Shown: one piece after another, positions 12,453-24,082 of the stretch
How the letters are laid out: every line of letters begins with the position of its first letter
Numbering within the stretch: the first letter of the stretch is position 1
Assembly (NCBI RefSeq): GCF_036321535.1
Contig: NC_087445.1
Span: forward strand, 36,208,001 to 36,272,000
Source of the DNA: Camelus dromedarius
Taxonomy: Eukaryota
DNA: 64,000 bases
Direction: 5' to 3'
Translations under genes and position numbers: made by a program
The notes under the pieces: model-generated
Seen by the model: the letters and a program-made list of their open reading frames with translations, nothing else
Database searches by the model: none
Told to the model about the DNA's origin: nothing

Positions 12453-12670
12453 CTCCAGCGCCACCATCTTCTCCCGCCGCCGCCGCCGCCGCCGCCACCG
12501 CCGTCGCCGCCACCGCGACCGCAGCCGCCCTCGCCCAGCTCCGGCTACTGCTCTGCAGCCGCCGCTCGGGCCCCTCCGGTCCAGCGGCCCCACCCCCTTC
12601 TCCCCACCCTCCCGCCCGCCCCTCGTGACGCGCGCCGGGCCGAGCCGGCCGGCTGGAGAGGGAGGGCGCC
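12453..12670 (-). other. APBA1: Putative APBA1 first exon (5' boundary unknown; candidate donor GAG|GTAGGA at 12453/12452)
   Basis: GGC-repeat leader followed by a plausible 5' splice site at the downstream edge of the island. Alternative donors exist at 12017 and 11886. Confidence 0.5.
12474..12528. repeat. Interrupted (CCG)n/(CGG)n trinucleotide repeat
   Basis: (CCG)7 CCA (CCG)2 TCG CCG CCA CCG CGA CCG CAG CCG read directly. Confidence 0.95.
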
Positions 12671-13999
12671 CGTGGTGGGGGGTGGGAGGGGACGCGCGCA
12701 CGCCGCGTGCTAGGAGCGCCCCTGTCTCCCACGCCCACCCGCGCGCACCCGCGGCGCGCGAGCCCGAAGCAGCTGGGCGGCGTCCTCCTCCCGCCGCCTC
12801 TGAAGCGCCCCAGTCCCGGCGCGGGTGGGCGTGTGGGTCGCTGCCACCTCTCGCCGCCCTTCGCGTCCCGGCTCGGTCAGGTGCGTCCTGGCGTGCGCGG
12901 GACCCGCTGGAGCTTCCCTGACCGCGGCTGCGGGCCGAGCTCACGGAGCGGCAAATGCGGCTGCCTCTTCGGCGGAAGCCCAGAGGGGTCCCGTGTTCCC
13001 TCAGCAGCGGCCCTGGCCAACCTCTGCGGGCAGGAACAGGCCGCGCTGCGGGACCACGAAGCCGGGCCGCGGCTTCGGCTCCCGCGGGCTGTTCCCTCTG
13101 CTGAGTTACTACCGAGTTTTCCCGCTTCTCTTGGCCCTTAAATGCTGCTTGCACTTAGCGGCCCGGCCGGCGCACAAGACCCCCTCAGAAAAGGGGGTGC
13201 CGGTGTCTCTGGAACGCGCTGCAGACCTGCGTTGTGGCCGCTAGGGGGAGAGCCTCTCGGGTTTGGGCGGGAGCGAAGCTGGCCGCCTTTGCAGCCCTGG
13301 AAGGGAACTGCCCAGTCCTGCAGGAAGAGCGGAAAGCCTCTGGATTATGATGCCGGGAGATGCTCGGCTTAGTTTTTCTACCCGCTTCTCTATTCTGGTT
13401 GGTCAGAATTTAGTGTATTTGAGCCTGGCTGAGGGCATCAGCCCCAGATAAACCTGACAGAGGGAGGACGGGAGGGGACTTTTGCAGCAGGGACCAGGTG
13501 GCAGGTGCTGTGTGTTAATGAAAAGCAGTGGGATGGACAGGCCTCAGGAGACCTGGGTTCTGGCGCCAGCCTCACCTGTAATTGGCAGTGTATATGAGCG
13601 AAATTGTTTCCCCTCTTCACAGGTTTCTCAGTAATATGAAATTATATTTGCACAAAGCCTTATCGTTTGCAAAGCCATCTTCATGCACATATTCTCATCT
13701 AGTAAAATGAAGCCTTGGTTATCCAGATCCTTTGGGAAAGGGATCTTTTACCACACCGTTTTTCCGTATTATTGTAAGCACAGTGCCTCCAGAAAAATCT
13801 GGGGATGTAGCCTGAAGCATTCTTGAAGTCTTGTGTTTTAGCTATAAAGTTTATATGACCTTGCATTCTACTCCATGATGATTTTTTTTTTTTGCTTTAA
13901 CAAAGCAAGCAATAGCTTACCTCTCCTCAAAAAGATCTTTTAGTAAAATTGAAATTGAAATATATACTAGGAAGGTGTATCGACATTACATACTTACCT

Positions 14000-14480
14000 T
14001 TTTTTTTCCAGTATTTATTCGACATGTATTCCAGACAAGGTCCTTGTTCTTCCTGAGCTCACAGTACGAGGGAGGAAACAGGTATTAAACAGTCAGAATA
14101 ATAAGTGCAACTGTGATCAACTCTCAAGTGCAAGGGTGCTAGGGTTCACAGGGAAACCTAATCTAGACCCCAGGATTGGATGAGACTTTCCAGGGAAATA
14201 ACCTTTCAGGTTGCCCAGGATAGGCAGCACTGAGACACTTCCAGGTAGAAGGAAACGTATAGAAGCCCACCCAGACTGGGCTGGAGAGGCAGGCAGCTGT
14301 GGCCAGAACCTGTAGAAACTTGTAGGCCTTTTAAAATAAGGATTTTATCTTGTGAGAAGGTCACTGAAAGTCTGTAAGAGCTGGGAGTCAGTGATCATGA
14401 TCACATTTCAGTTACTGAAAGATGGGCGAGGTAGCTCTGTGAAGAAGTGATTCATGGAGGGTTAGGGTCCAGGACAGAAA
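14000..14480 (-). mobile_element. L2 fragment
   Basis: gtatttattcgacatgtatt...gtccttgttcttcctgagctcacagt...gatcacatttcag is the reverse L2 3' pattern. Confidence 0.6.
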
Positions 14481-16299
14481 GACTCTGAGCCCATGACACA
14501 CCCCTGCTTATAAACCTGGTGAGTATTTAGGGGTTTTAGTTTTCACACTGACTGCTCTTCTGTTTGTTTTTAGTGCCTCTGTTTTCACATGTACCAGTTT
14601 TGGGGCCTTTCAGACTGCCTCTCTGTAATAGTCCTTTTTTTTGTTACTTTTAATATGCTGTGGTTTTAGGAAGGAAATTGATCTTGTTAGAATTTCAGGT
14701 TCAGTAAGGGGATATAGGTTCTGAGTGAGGAGCTCTTTTCTGTGATACACTTTGTGTCATTTAGTTTGTTAGCTCAGTAATCTCTGCTTATTTTCTACTT
14801 TTGTGTGTACATTGAGGCAAAATTCCTTGATGCATGAATGAGAGACACATTATTTCTTTAATAATATAATACCTTTTCCTCAAATCTTCCATCACAGGGT
14901 TTTTGTGCAGATTAAAGTATGTGAAATTACAAAGTATTTAGTGCCATATAAAGGAAAGTAATCATTATTATAATGCCAGCTTAGAGACCTCCAACACTAA
15001 TTAGTTACCAAATATCCACACCTGAAAACTCCCTCCCTCCTCTTCTCCTGACCCTCCCATAAAAGCACAGAGATGCCTATTCCTTATGGAAAGCACACAC
15101 ATTGTCTGAAGTGTTCATGTTACCCTTTGTGTCTTGGCTGGCAGGAAACTCAGGCCAAATTTGCAGGTCATTGTAGGAAATGGGTAGATCCACACGACAT
15201 TCATATCTGTGTCATAGCTCTTCCTCTGGTCTTGTTCTTATATTGTATCTATGGTTTTCCTGTGCCTGCTTTATTGCTATTTTTCTACTTTATTATAGGC
15301 ATTCCTATAAGCCACTTCAAATATTTGTATTCACTCACTTTTTAAAAGGGTCAGAACTGCTGTTCAATGTTTCAGAAGCCAGTATATAAAATTCTGGCAC
15401 CCTGTCAGCCATTGTAGCAGGTAACAATACTATGGACACTGTGCCAAGTAGCTTGGGTTGAAATTCAAGCTTTGTCCACCATTGCATGTGGATCAGAAGC
15501 CTCTGCATGACAGTTTAGAGCCTCCTATCGCAAAAAACCCCCTCCAGTTTGTCTCCCACTGGCTCCTAGATAATTTCCTTTAGTGTGATCTCTGAGTTTC
15601 ATCAGCCTGCCCTGTACCTGGTACAAGTATTGTTTGTCACTTGATAAGAAGGCAGGGATCCATGAACTTTTATTCATTTAGGTTTCTTTTTGTCAACAAA
15701 GACCTGAAGATTCCAGGATTCACTAAATACATTCAAACTTCACAGGAATCACATGTCTCTTTTGGTAGCAATAGGTACTTCCCCTTGATTTCAAGTTCCT
15801 TAGGGATTACCTTCTTTCTGTCCCCTTGAGCTGAGGTTGTATGTAGAACAAACACTCAACAACCTTCAGGGAATAGGGTTTTTCTTGAGGATTTCAGTTT
15901 TGCTAACATTTGATAACATAGAAACCTTTCTAATATACAGTATAGTTATTTTTGTCACAGGATTTTAAATGTATGGACAAAATAAACAGTTACAAAATGT
16001 CCATATCCTAAACTTCAATAAAGTTACTTTTACATGCTGATGCTGATTCTTATTTCACCAGCTTTTTTCTAGACATACATTCTATCCTGGCTTCAGACAG
16101 GTCCCCATCTTTCTCTTTCTATTCCCCAAATAGGTCAGGCTCCCTCTTTCTCTTCCTTGAATCACATTCACTGTGCCCTTTAATGATTCCCACCAGCATT
16201 TTGTACAATGGCTATGCTTACCTGATAACTAGAAGACATTCTGGTTCTATATATAGTAATTCTGCCACTGAAAATGAAATTTCTGAATGAAGAGTGTCA

Positions 16300-16500
16300 T
16301 GGGAACATACTGCCTTGTTTAAAAGGTTGCATACCCATCCCTGAACCGAACTCCATGGCCAATGGCATGGCTCTCACCCCTGGAGCTGGGCCAGTCCTCC
16401 TCAAACCAGGTGGCTGCTTGAGGATAGAGCAAGACCTGAGTACTATCACCAAGAGCAGGAAACGGACAGGGGCAAAGGAAAACAACTCTCCCGTTCATCT
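16300..16500 (-). mobile_element. MLT1-type (ERVL-MaLR) LTR fragment
   Basis: cccatccctgaacc...ggcc...cacccctggagctgggccagtcctcctcaaacca matches the recalled reverse MLT1J/K/L pattern. Confidence 0.55.
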
Positions 16501-19500
16501 CAGGCTTATACTAGAGAAGAATGAGAAATTTTAACCTAAATGTACAATAATAAGGGAGTTGGTTCACTGATTAATGTCTTTACAGTGCTATATATTATGC
16601 CGCCATTAACAATATCATAGTCACAGACTTTAAAAAAAATAATAATACGGAAAAAACACAAGTTTAAGTTCTCATCACAATTGAAAAAAATTGGGATACA
16701 AAATCATGTAGACAGTTGATTACAACTTTTTAAAAGGGCACAGAAGTACATCAAAATGTCAGTAGTAGTCCACTCAAGTAGTAGTGTTATTTTCCTCTTT
16801 CTATGTTTTGGTAGTTAAAAAAATGTTTTTTAATAGTATACACATGATCTTAACAATTTGAAAAAAAAAATGGCTGTAAAAATTAACAACGTTACCACCA
16901 GACACCTAGTGGCATCCCAAAATAACTATTGGGTCACTTTGCATTTCTGAAGCATTTTTCCAGATTTGATTTATCCTTCCAGGTTTATTTCAGATACCAC
17001 GAACTTCAAGAAAATGTTTTCAGACTCTGTTGCTCTCATTGATACACCTTATTGTCAAAGCATTTGTTTGCAACATTACCAGCCTTACAGCCTCTATGGA
17101 AGAGCAGGATATAAATAGACAGAAATTGATAAAATTCTTTGTTCATTCTGTTTAACATCTGCTTATGCACTGGATTGTTTCCCAATTTATTTCAGTAGTA
17201 CACCTGAATATTATGGTCATCTGGTAGGAACAGCATAAAATATTGATATATTTTAATTCATCCTACACACTAGAACAATTTTACTGGAAGAAAATATGAC
17301 TATATGTTCTAGATAAACTATAACATTACAACCATGAGTGTATTTCTTTAAAAGTAAGAAGCTATGAAATTAAGTGTCCAGCAATTTCAGTATTTTTCCC
17401 CCTCAATATGTGTTTGCTACAGATTTATATCTTTTTGCCATCTTACTAATAGAAAAATGGTAGTAAACACCAATTGTCTAAGGAGTTGTGTAGGATAAAA
17501 ATGTAAAATTAAGAAGATTCTAATAACCAGTTTTTTTTTCTTTTATCAGTACATAATCCAATCAATAGGCTACCATTACTCATCTGGGGCAGGAGATCAC
17601 CTCAGTGCTGTTTCTACAATAGCACTGACATATGGAAGTGTAATTTTAAAATCACCACTCTACTCCTGTTTTCCGTTAGGTATTTTGTTTTGGGTATGTT
17701 GTATCACATCCCCAACTAGATCATGAGCCCTTCAAGATTAGTGACCAAATGTCAGTTATATTCCCTTTGTGTTGCTTCCACCGAACACCTAATAGTTAAT
17801 GGAGTACTTGGGAAGTATTCATCAAATATTTGTTGGCTGATTGATATATTTACTAACTGTCCTTCCAATTACTCCAGTTAGATTGTCCAAGAAGACTACT
17901 GAAGTGATTTGCCTTTAAAATAATTTCTCTTTCCTTTTTGTTACTATTTTTCCTAGAATTCAGTAGCCTCTGAAAAAAAGTTATAGATATCTCTATTGAC
18001 TCAAAAATAAAGAGCCTAGGTAAACCTTTAATAGTAAATAGTCAATGTCAGCAATTTTTCATGCCCTTTGCCAGCCAAGCAGGATAATTTTCCATTCCTC
18101 ATTCTCTCTCTTTCTCATATTCAGGATGAACAATAACAATATTAACTAACAGTTATGACCATATTGACAGTTTCCAGTAGGTTATTTTATCAAAAAGCCT
18201 CTGAATATTAGATCTTCATTCCACAAGCTGCATATGCATATGCTAGCCACTATGGTAGGCATTTGAAAGACTAAGTCAAATATCACAGTCTCTCCATCCT
18301 CAAGGATTTTTCCACCTTAGGAAAGGTGGACAGACTTATAAACAAATCATTTCAGGGAAGTGTACTGGCTATGATAAAAGATATACAAAGGAGTGGCCAA
18401 GTGGCTTTGTTGTTGTTGTTATCATTGTTTGTTTTTCTAAATACTATGTGTTCAGGGAATTAAATCAATTCTCTATCTTCTAGAAGTCAGGCCTATAGTT
18501 AAGTAAGCAGGGTTTTTTCCTTAAAGAAATTTTGTTTCCTAAGTTTAAAAAATTTTTATGAGCACCTGCACTTGATTTCCTTTTAACCAAAAGTCGTGTG
18601 AGTTTCTGCTAGATGAGAAATACATGTATTTTTAAAGCACTATGGGGAGACAAATGTGTCTGCTTCCAGAAAAATAATAGAGATCATCTTCCTAATGAAC
18701 ATACCTCTGAAAGCTGAAAAAAAAACAAACAACAAAACTTAGGATCTCTGACTTTTTTGTCAGATAGAAAATTGACTTTGAGAGGGGACATTAGTCAACA
18801 TAAACTTAAAAACACTTTCTCCTTTTATTTTATTCCTCAGAGAAATGTATCCTTCTTCTGCCTTCCTCCTCAAACTCATATCTTTTTATTAAATCTAACT
18901 GTGGAGATGCTTCAAAGTTAGGTCAGTTTTGTTATGGATTGGATTTTGAAAGCACTTTTTAATTTCAGCATTCATGCAGCCCAGCACTGCGAAATTGAAT
19001 AGGCCGTGGTTATGGGAACTGCAGGAACTGAGATGGAACCAAGAAATCTGTTACTGGAGAAACCTTTTGAGAGCTGACAGATTTTTAAGTCACTCTTAAT
19101 AAGGTCTGATAGGTTAAGGAATAACATATTCTGGGATTTAGGAAAGCAGCTTTTCACCCCTCCTTGCCATTTGGGAATTATTTTCATTCTCACGCTACTG
19201 CAAACCTATCAAGAAAACTGAATTGAATGTGTCTCAGTGAGCTGTGTAGCATAAATTTAAAACTTTCACAACTAAAATTCTCTTGCCAAGTGGCTAGGTA
19301 GGGCTGTGTTACTAGCATGCTGCTCAAAAAGAGTCAGGTATGCATTTTAATTCTGTTTGCATAGAACAGAGAATAATCCTTTAGGCTTCTGTATAGTCTG
19401 CTAAAAAATATATGGTTGAGAGATTTCAGCTATAGACCCTCTTGATCAGTGCTGAATCCTAATGTAAGTTAAGTATTTCCCAAATTCTTCTATGGATCAC

Positions 19501-19732
19501 TAGTTCTAGGGGAAGACAGTGGTTATTATGTGGAAGAAAAAAAGTTCCAGGATCATGTAAACCTGGAGAACCTGGAGTAAGCTAAAATTTATAGTTTGTT
19601 TTTGTTATTGTTTTGTTTTCTTAATTTATTGCAAGGCTTCTATGAGCCTTTAAATGTAAATTTCCAGGAGGAGAATAGAGAGGAAAGATCTAAAATGTTT
19701 AGTGTTCCCTTTGCAAGAAATCTTTTGAGGGA

Positions 19733-19968
19733 CAGGCAAGGTTGTATTATGACATTTGAAGGCCCCTTCCTTCATAAAAAATATTAAAGAATATATTTTA
19801 ATAACTGTATTGGTACAAAGATGAAAATATTACATAACAAAACGTTTTCTTTGACTTGAGTTCTTTTTTTGCCTCTAATTTTTTTAAAAAACATTAAGAC
19901 TTTTTATGGGCTCCTTAAAGCATTGTGGACCCTAGGCATTGTACCTGCTCTAATAGATAAGCCGATCA
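19733..19968. mobile_element. hAT-Tip100-type MITE (ORSL-like)
   Basis: ggccccttccttcataaaaaatatta...tgtggaccctaggcattgtacct...taatagataagcc. Confidence 0.5.
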
Positions 19969-20899
19969 TAGAGATAGGTGCTACATAGGAGGAGTGAGTC
20001 ACTGCACAAAACCCACACAGGGTAAGCGATTGAGAAGCACAATATGGCATTCCACTTGAGGTACTGAGATGGTGGGTTACAGGGTCATCACTTTCCTTCA
20101 TGCTATGGGAACTGAAGAAACAAAAGGACACACACACACACAAACACACACTATGGCAAGAAAGCAAAGTGTGGCAAATCTCCATGTCATTAATTCTATG
20201 TGAACTCTTAAACTGAAATACTGTATCTATTTTTATGTGTTCTATGTACATCTGAACCAGGTTAGATACAATAGCTGGAAAAAGAGAGTCTTAGTTTCTC
20301 ACCTACGCATATGCATCTAAACATTCTTTCCCACTCAGGACGTCTTTGAGGGAGAAAGTTCCATAGCTGAGACTGATGTCACCAACCTTTATTATATGCA
20401 AGGCTTTCAATTTGTGGTTCTGTTATTTAGTCACAGTGAACTCTCTGGCCAGAGATAATATGAGATGAATTAATTAATTGATTAATTAATTATTATTAAT
20501 TCTTCCTTGACAAGTAATACAGGGGTAAGAAATTGAGTGTAAGGCTCACAGTGACTTGAGCATGATGCCAAATTTGCCTCTTTTAGCCATGCAGACCGTA
20601 TCACTCAAGACTGATGGTTCATCTTGAAAGATAAATTAGTAAAAGTGAATTTTTTGTACAGTCTAGGGATGTAGTAGTTTGTTTTTCTACTAATGTGTTT
20701 ACTCAAAGATAAATGGCCACTTTCTGGCTCAGGAGCAAAGTTAAGTGGATTCCAGAAATACACAAGGTCTGTGTGAGAATTTAGTACATCATAAATGTGG
20801 CATTTCAAGTTAGTTCAGAAAAGATGGATTATTTAATAGGTGTTATTAGGTCAACTGACTAGCCACTTGTAACAAAATAAACTGGATCTCCAAACTGCC

Positions 20900-21960
20900 C
20901 TTCTTTATATCAAAATAAATTCCACATACTTCAAAAATAAAAGTGTAAAATACTGAAAAGATTAAAAATGCTTGAAGAAAACACAAGTGAATATTATGTA
21001 TAATCTTGGAGTGGAGAGGGCCCTTTTAAGCATAACACAAACCCAGAATCAGAAAATACCAATAATTTAACTATGTTAAACTTAAAGAATTTCTGTATCA
21101 AAAGATTGAAAACAGAGTCACAAGAAAACCTTAGAAAATTATGCATACAATGTAATAAAGGGCCACGTTGCCTGATAGAAAACAACCTCACAAATAAACA
21201 AGGAAAGATAAGCAGATATAAATACAAAGGAATACTGGCCAATTTCTAAAAGAAAAACAAATGACCAACAAACTTATGAAAAGGTGCTCGCTTAACTTCT
21301 CTTGTAATTAAAGAAATACAAGAGATGACACTGATAATATTTTGCACCTATTAGATTAGCCAAAACAAAACTTGATAATATATTACATTATTGAAAATGT
21401 AAGAGAACAGGTATTTTCATTATACAATAATTGTGAGTATAAAATATACTGGTAAAGAGGTAAAGATCTGCTTAGCTATAAACTTTGGCCCTGCAATTCC
21501 ATTTCTAGGAATTTATCACACAGAAATACTCAAGAGTGATGGGTGTTTATTGTAAAGTAGTCATACATTTCAGATGTTTTTGCATTGTGCAAGTGTACAA
21601 AGACATGTGCATATCATTGTAGCATTGTTTATAATAATGATTTGGTAACTAAGATGACTATCAATAGGGAGCTGGTTAAATAAATTATAGTACACCAAAA
21701 AAGGAATATAGTAAATCATTAAATGAAGGGGCCCATGAGTTCTTACAAGGAAAATCGTCTGCAATATACTGTTAACTAAACATTCAATTTACAAAACAGT
21801 ATGTTTAGAATGATCCCATTATTTTTTAAATGTCAGATATTTATCAAAAAATTTGGAGTAATATATACCAAACTATAATAGTGTTAGTCACTCTTTCCAT
21901 CATAAATACCTGTAACACTTGAAACATTTATAATAAGCACTTACTATTCTTGTACTCAGA
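20900..21960 (+). mobile_element. Ancient L1 (L1ME-type) fragment
   Basis: A-rich L1 motifs such as aaacttatgaaaaggtgctc, tttgcacctattagattagc and gcaattccatttctaggaattta. Confidence 0.6.
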
Positions 21961-22289
21961 AAAAGTAGTTTATAAAAAGAGCAAACAAAAAATTACCATT
22001 AGGAAATTTTAATAGAGTTGTATTTTTTCTGAAAGATGATTTTTCCTCCTTAGGCCCAACTAATTTAGATGTCTTATAGCATTGAAGTGCTGAGCAATAG
22101 AATTTGTAGTCAGACAACCTTTTTTCATATATCTGACCTCTGTATAGCTGCTACTGCCAGAAGGAATTGGAAAAACTGTCACCATTGGCTTGAAAGTTCA
22201 TATTGAATTCCTTTATTAAAGTTAGAAACCTGGAATCTGTAATGAGCATATACCATGAGACTTCCCTGCTGCTGCAGACACAGCAGTGA

Positions 22290-23100
22290 TTGTTTATGAG
22301 TCATATTACATATTATCAAAATACATTCTCCTCATAGAAAATTTGGTAAATATAGAGTTGAAAGAACAAAATTCCTTACAGCTCCTCCACTCAAAGCAAC
22401 TACATTTAGCATATACTTTAAACAATTCTTTTTTCCCTACGTCTTCATTTTTCCAAGTATGTGATCATATTGTATAAACAAATTTTCATCTTGCTTTCAT
22501 CACTTGGCACATTTTATCACATTATTTTAAAAGTTCCTTTGTAAAACCATTTTACTGGCTATATAATTATTTATCTAATAACCCCCTATATAGCTTGACA
22601 TTTAAGTTGTTTCCAAATTTTTGTTAATATATATAATTTTAGGTGAATATCTTTATATATAAAACTTTTTCATGTCAGGATTTTCTCTTTAGGGTGATTC
22701 CTAGAAGTGAGATTCTTGTATGCAAGGATGCCAAGACTCCTTACACAAATGACTAAATTGCCTATTCTTATTTCCCCTCCTACCAGTCATGAGAAAGTGA
22801 GCATGTTTTATTATAGTCTGGCAAACATTTGATATTATTACTAAAAAAAAAAAAAAGCAAAAACCTTTGCTAATTTGATAGGTATTGAAGTCTTATTTTA
22901 ATTCTGTCTTTGCTACTAAGATTGAATATTCTTCTGCCTTATCTGTTAACCACCTTTTTGTCTTTTTGTGAGTGTGTGTTTGTGGATGTTTGTACTGTCT
23001 GTTCATACCCTTTACCCACTCATCTACTTTGGTCGTAGTGTTTTCTTATCAAATTGCAAGAATTCTTCAAAAGCAAGGGTGTTTATAATTCTTTAAATTT
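22290..23100 (-). mobile_element. Ancient L1 (L1ME-type) fragment
   Basis: Reverse L1 motifs such as atttaagttgtttccaaattttt, gattcctagaagtgagatt and tttgctaatttgataggt. Confidence 0.55.
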
Positions 23101-23670
23101 TGAAATAACCCTAAATTTACAAAAAAGTAGCAGGCAGCATATAAAGGACAACAATATTTATATTTTAAATCTATGGCATTCTTACAAGTGTTGCCTCAAG
23201 TTCATAGTTTTTCATTGTTAGGATATTGTTTTACTTTTAGACTTAAAATCTGAGTTTACTGGGCATTTTTTTATTGTTGATCAGTTCTTTTTTAAATTGA
23301 AGTATAGTTGATGTACAATATTAGTTTCAGGTGTACAACATAGTATTTTGATATTTTTATACATTATACTAAGTTTAAAATTATAAAATATAATGGCTAT
23401 ATTCCCTGTGCTGTACATTATATTCTTCCATCTTACTTATTTTATACCTAGTAGTTTGTACCTCTTAATCCCCTTCTCCTGTCTTGACCTTTCTCTTGCC
23501 ACCTCTCCCCACTGGTAACCACTAGTTTTTTCTCTGTATCTGTGTTTCCATTGTATTCATTCCTTTATTTTTTTAGATTACACATATAAGTGAAAACATA
23601 CAGTATTAGTCTTTCTCTGACTTATTTTCACTAAGCATAATACCCTTAGGTCCCTCCATATAGTTGCATA

Positions 23671-23873
23671 NNNNNNNNNNNNNNNNNNNNNNNNNNNNNN
23701 NNNNNNNNNNNNNNNNNNNNNNNNNNNNNNNNNNNNNNNNNNNNNNNNNNNNNNNNNNNNNNNNNNNNNNNNNNNNNNNNNNNNNNNNNNNNNNNNNNNN
23801 NNNNNNNNNNNNNNNNNNNNNNNNNNNNNNNNNNNNNNNNNNNNNNNNNNNNNNNNNNNNNNNNNNNNNNNNN
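23671..23873. other. Assembly gap (203 N)
   Basis: N run inside L1. Confidence 1.
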
Positions 23874-23927
23874 TTCAAATTAGGGTTTTCATTCTCTTCA
23901 GATATATTCCCAGCAGTGGACTTGCTG

Positions 23928-24082
23928 NNNNNNNNNNNNNNNNNNNNNNNNNNNNNNNNNNNNNNNNNNNNNNNNNNNNNNNNNNNNNNNNNNNNNNNNN
24001 NNNNNNNNNNNNNNNNNNNNNNNNNNNNNNNNNNNNNNNNNNNNNNNNNNNNNNNNNNNNNNNNNNNNNNNNNNNNNNNNNN
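23928..24082. other. Assembly gap (155 N)
   Basis: N run inside L1. Confidence 1.

Larger units (their letters stand above)
12060..13370. promoter_or_regulatory. APBA1: CpG island, probable APBA1 promoter
   Basis: Abrupt GC/CpG-rich block in an AT-rich window, with GC boxes (GGGCGG on minus, 12611-12622) and a half-CRE TGACG (12626-12630). Gene identity comes from recalled synteny (APBA1 lies downstream of PTAR1 on the same strand in human 9q21). Confidence 0.75.

Noticed and set aside
11561-13451. Many long overlapping ORFs (up to 252 aa) on both strands in the CpG island
   Set aside because: Stop codons are rare in GC-rich DNA. The products are low-complexity R/P/G/A, several begin at non-ATG codons, and none resembles APBA1 or another protein I recognise.
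18880-19260. Unique-looking intergenic stretch that might be a retrocopy
   Set aside because: Translations in the frames I checked gave only short, unrecognisable peptides, with no poly(A) tail or TSD. It may be conserved non-coding DNA, but I cannot support that.
21284-21293. GTGCTCGCTT, identical to the U6 snRNA 5' end
   Set aside because: Only 10 nt, no continuation into CGGCAGCAC, and it lies within degraded L1.
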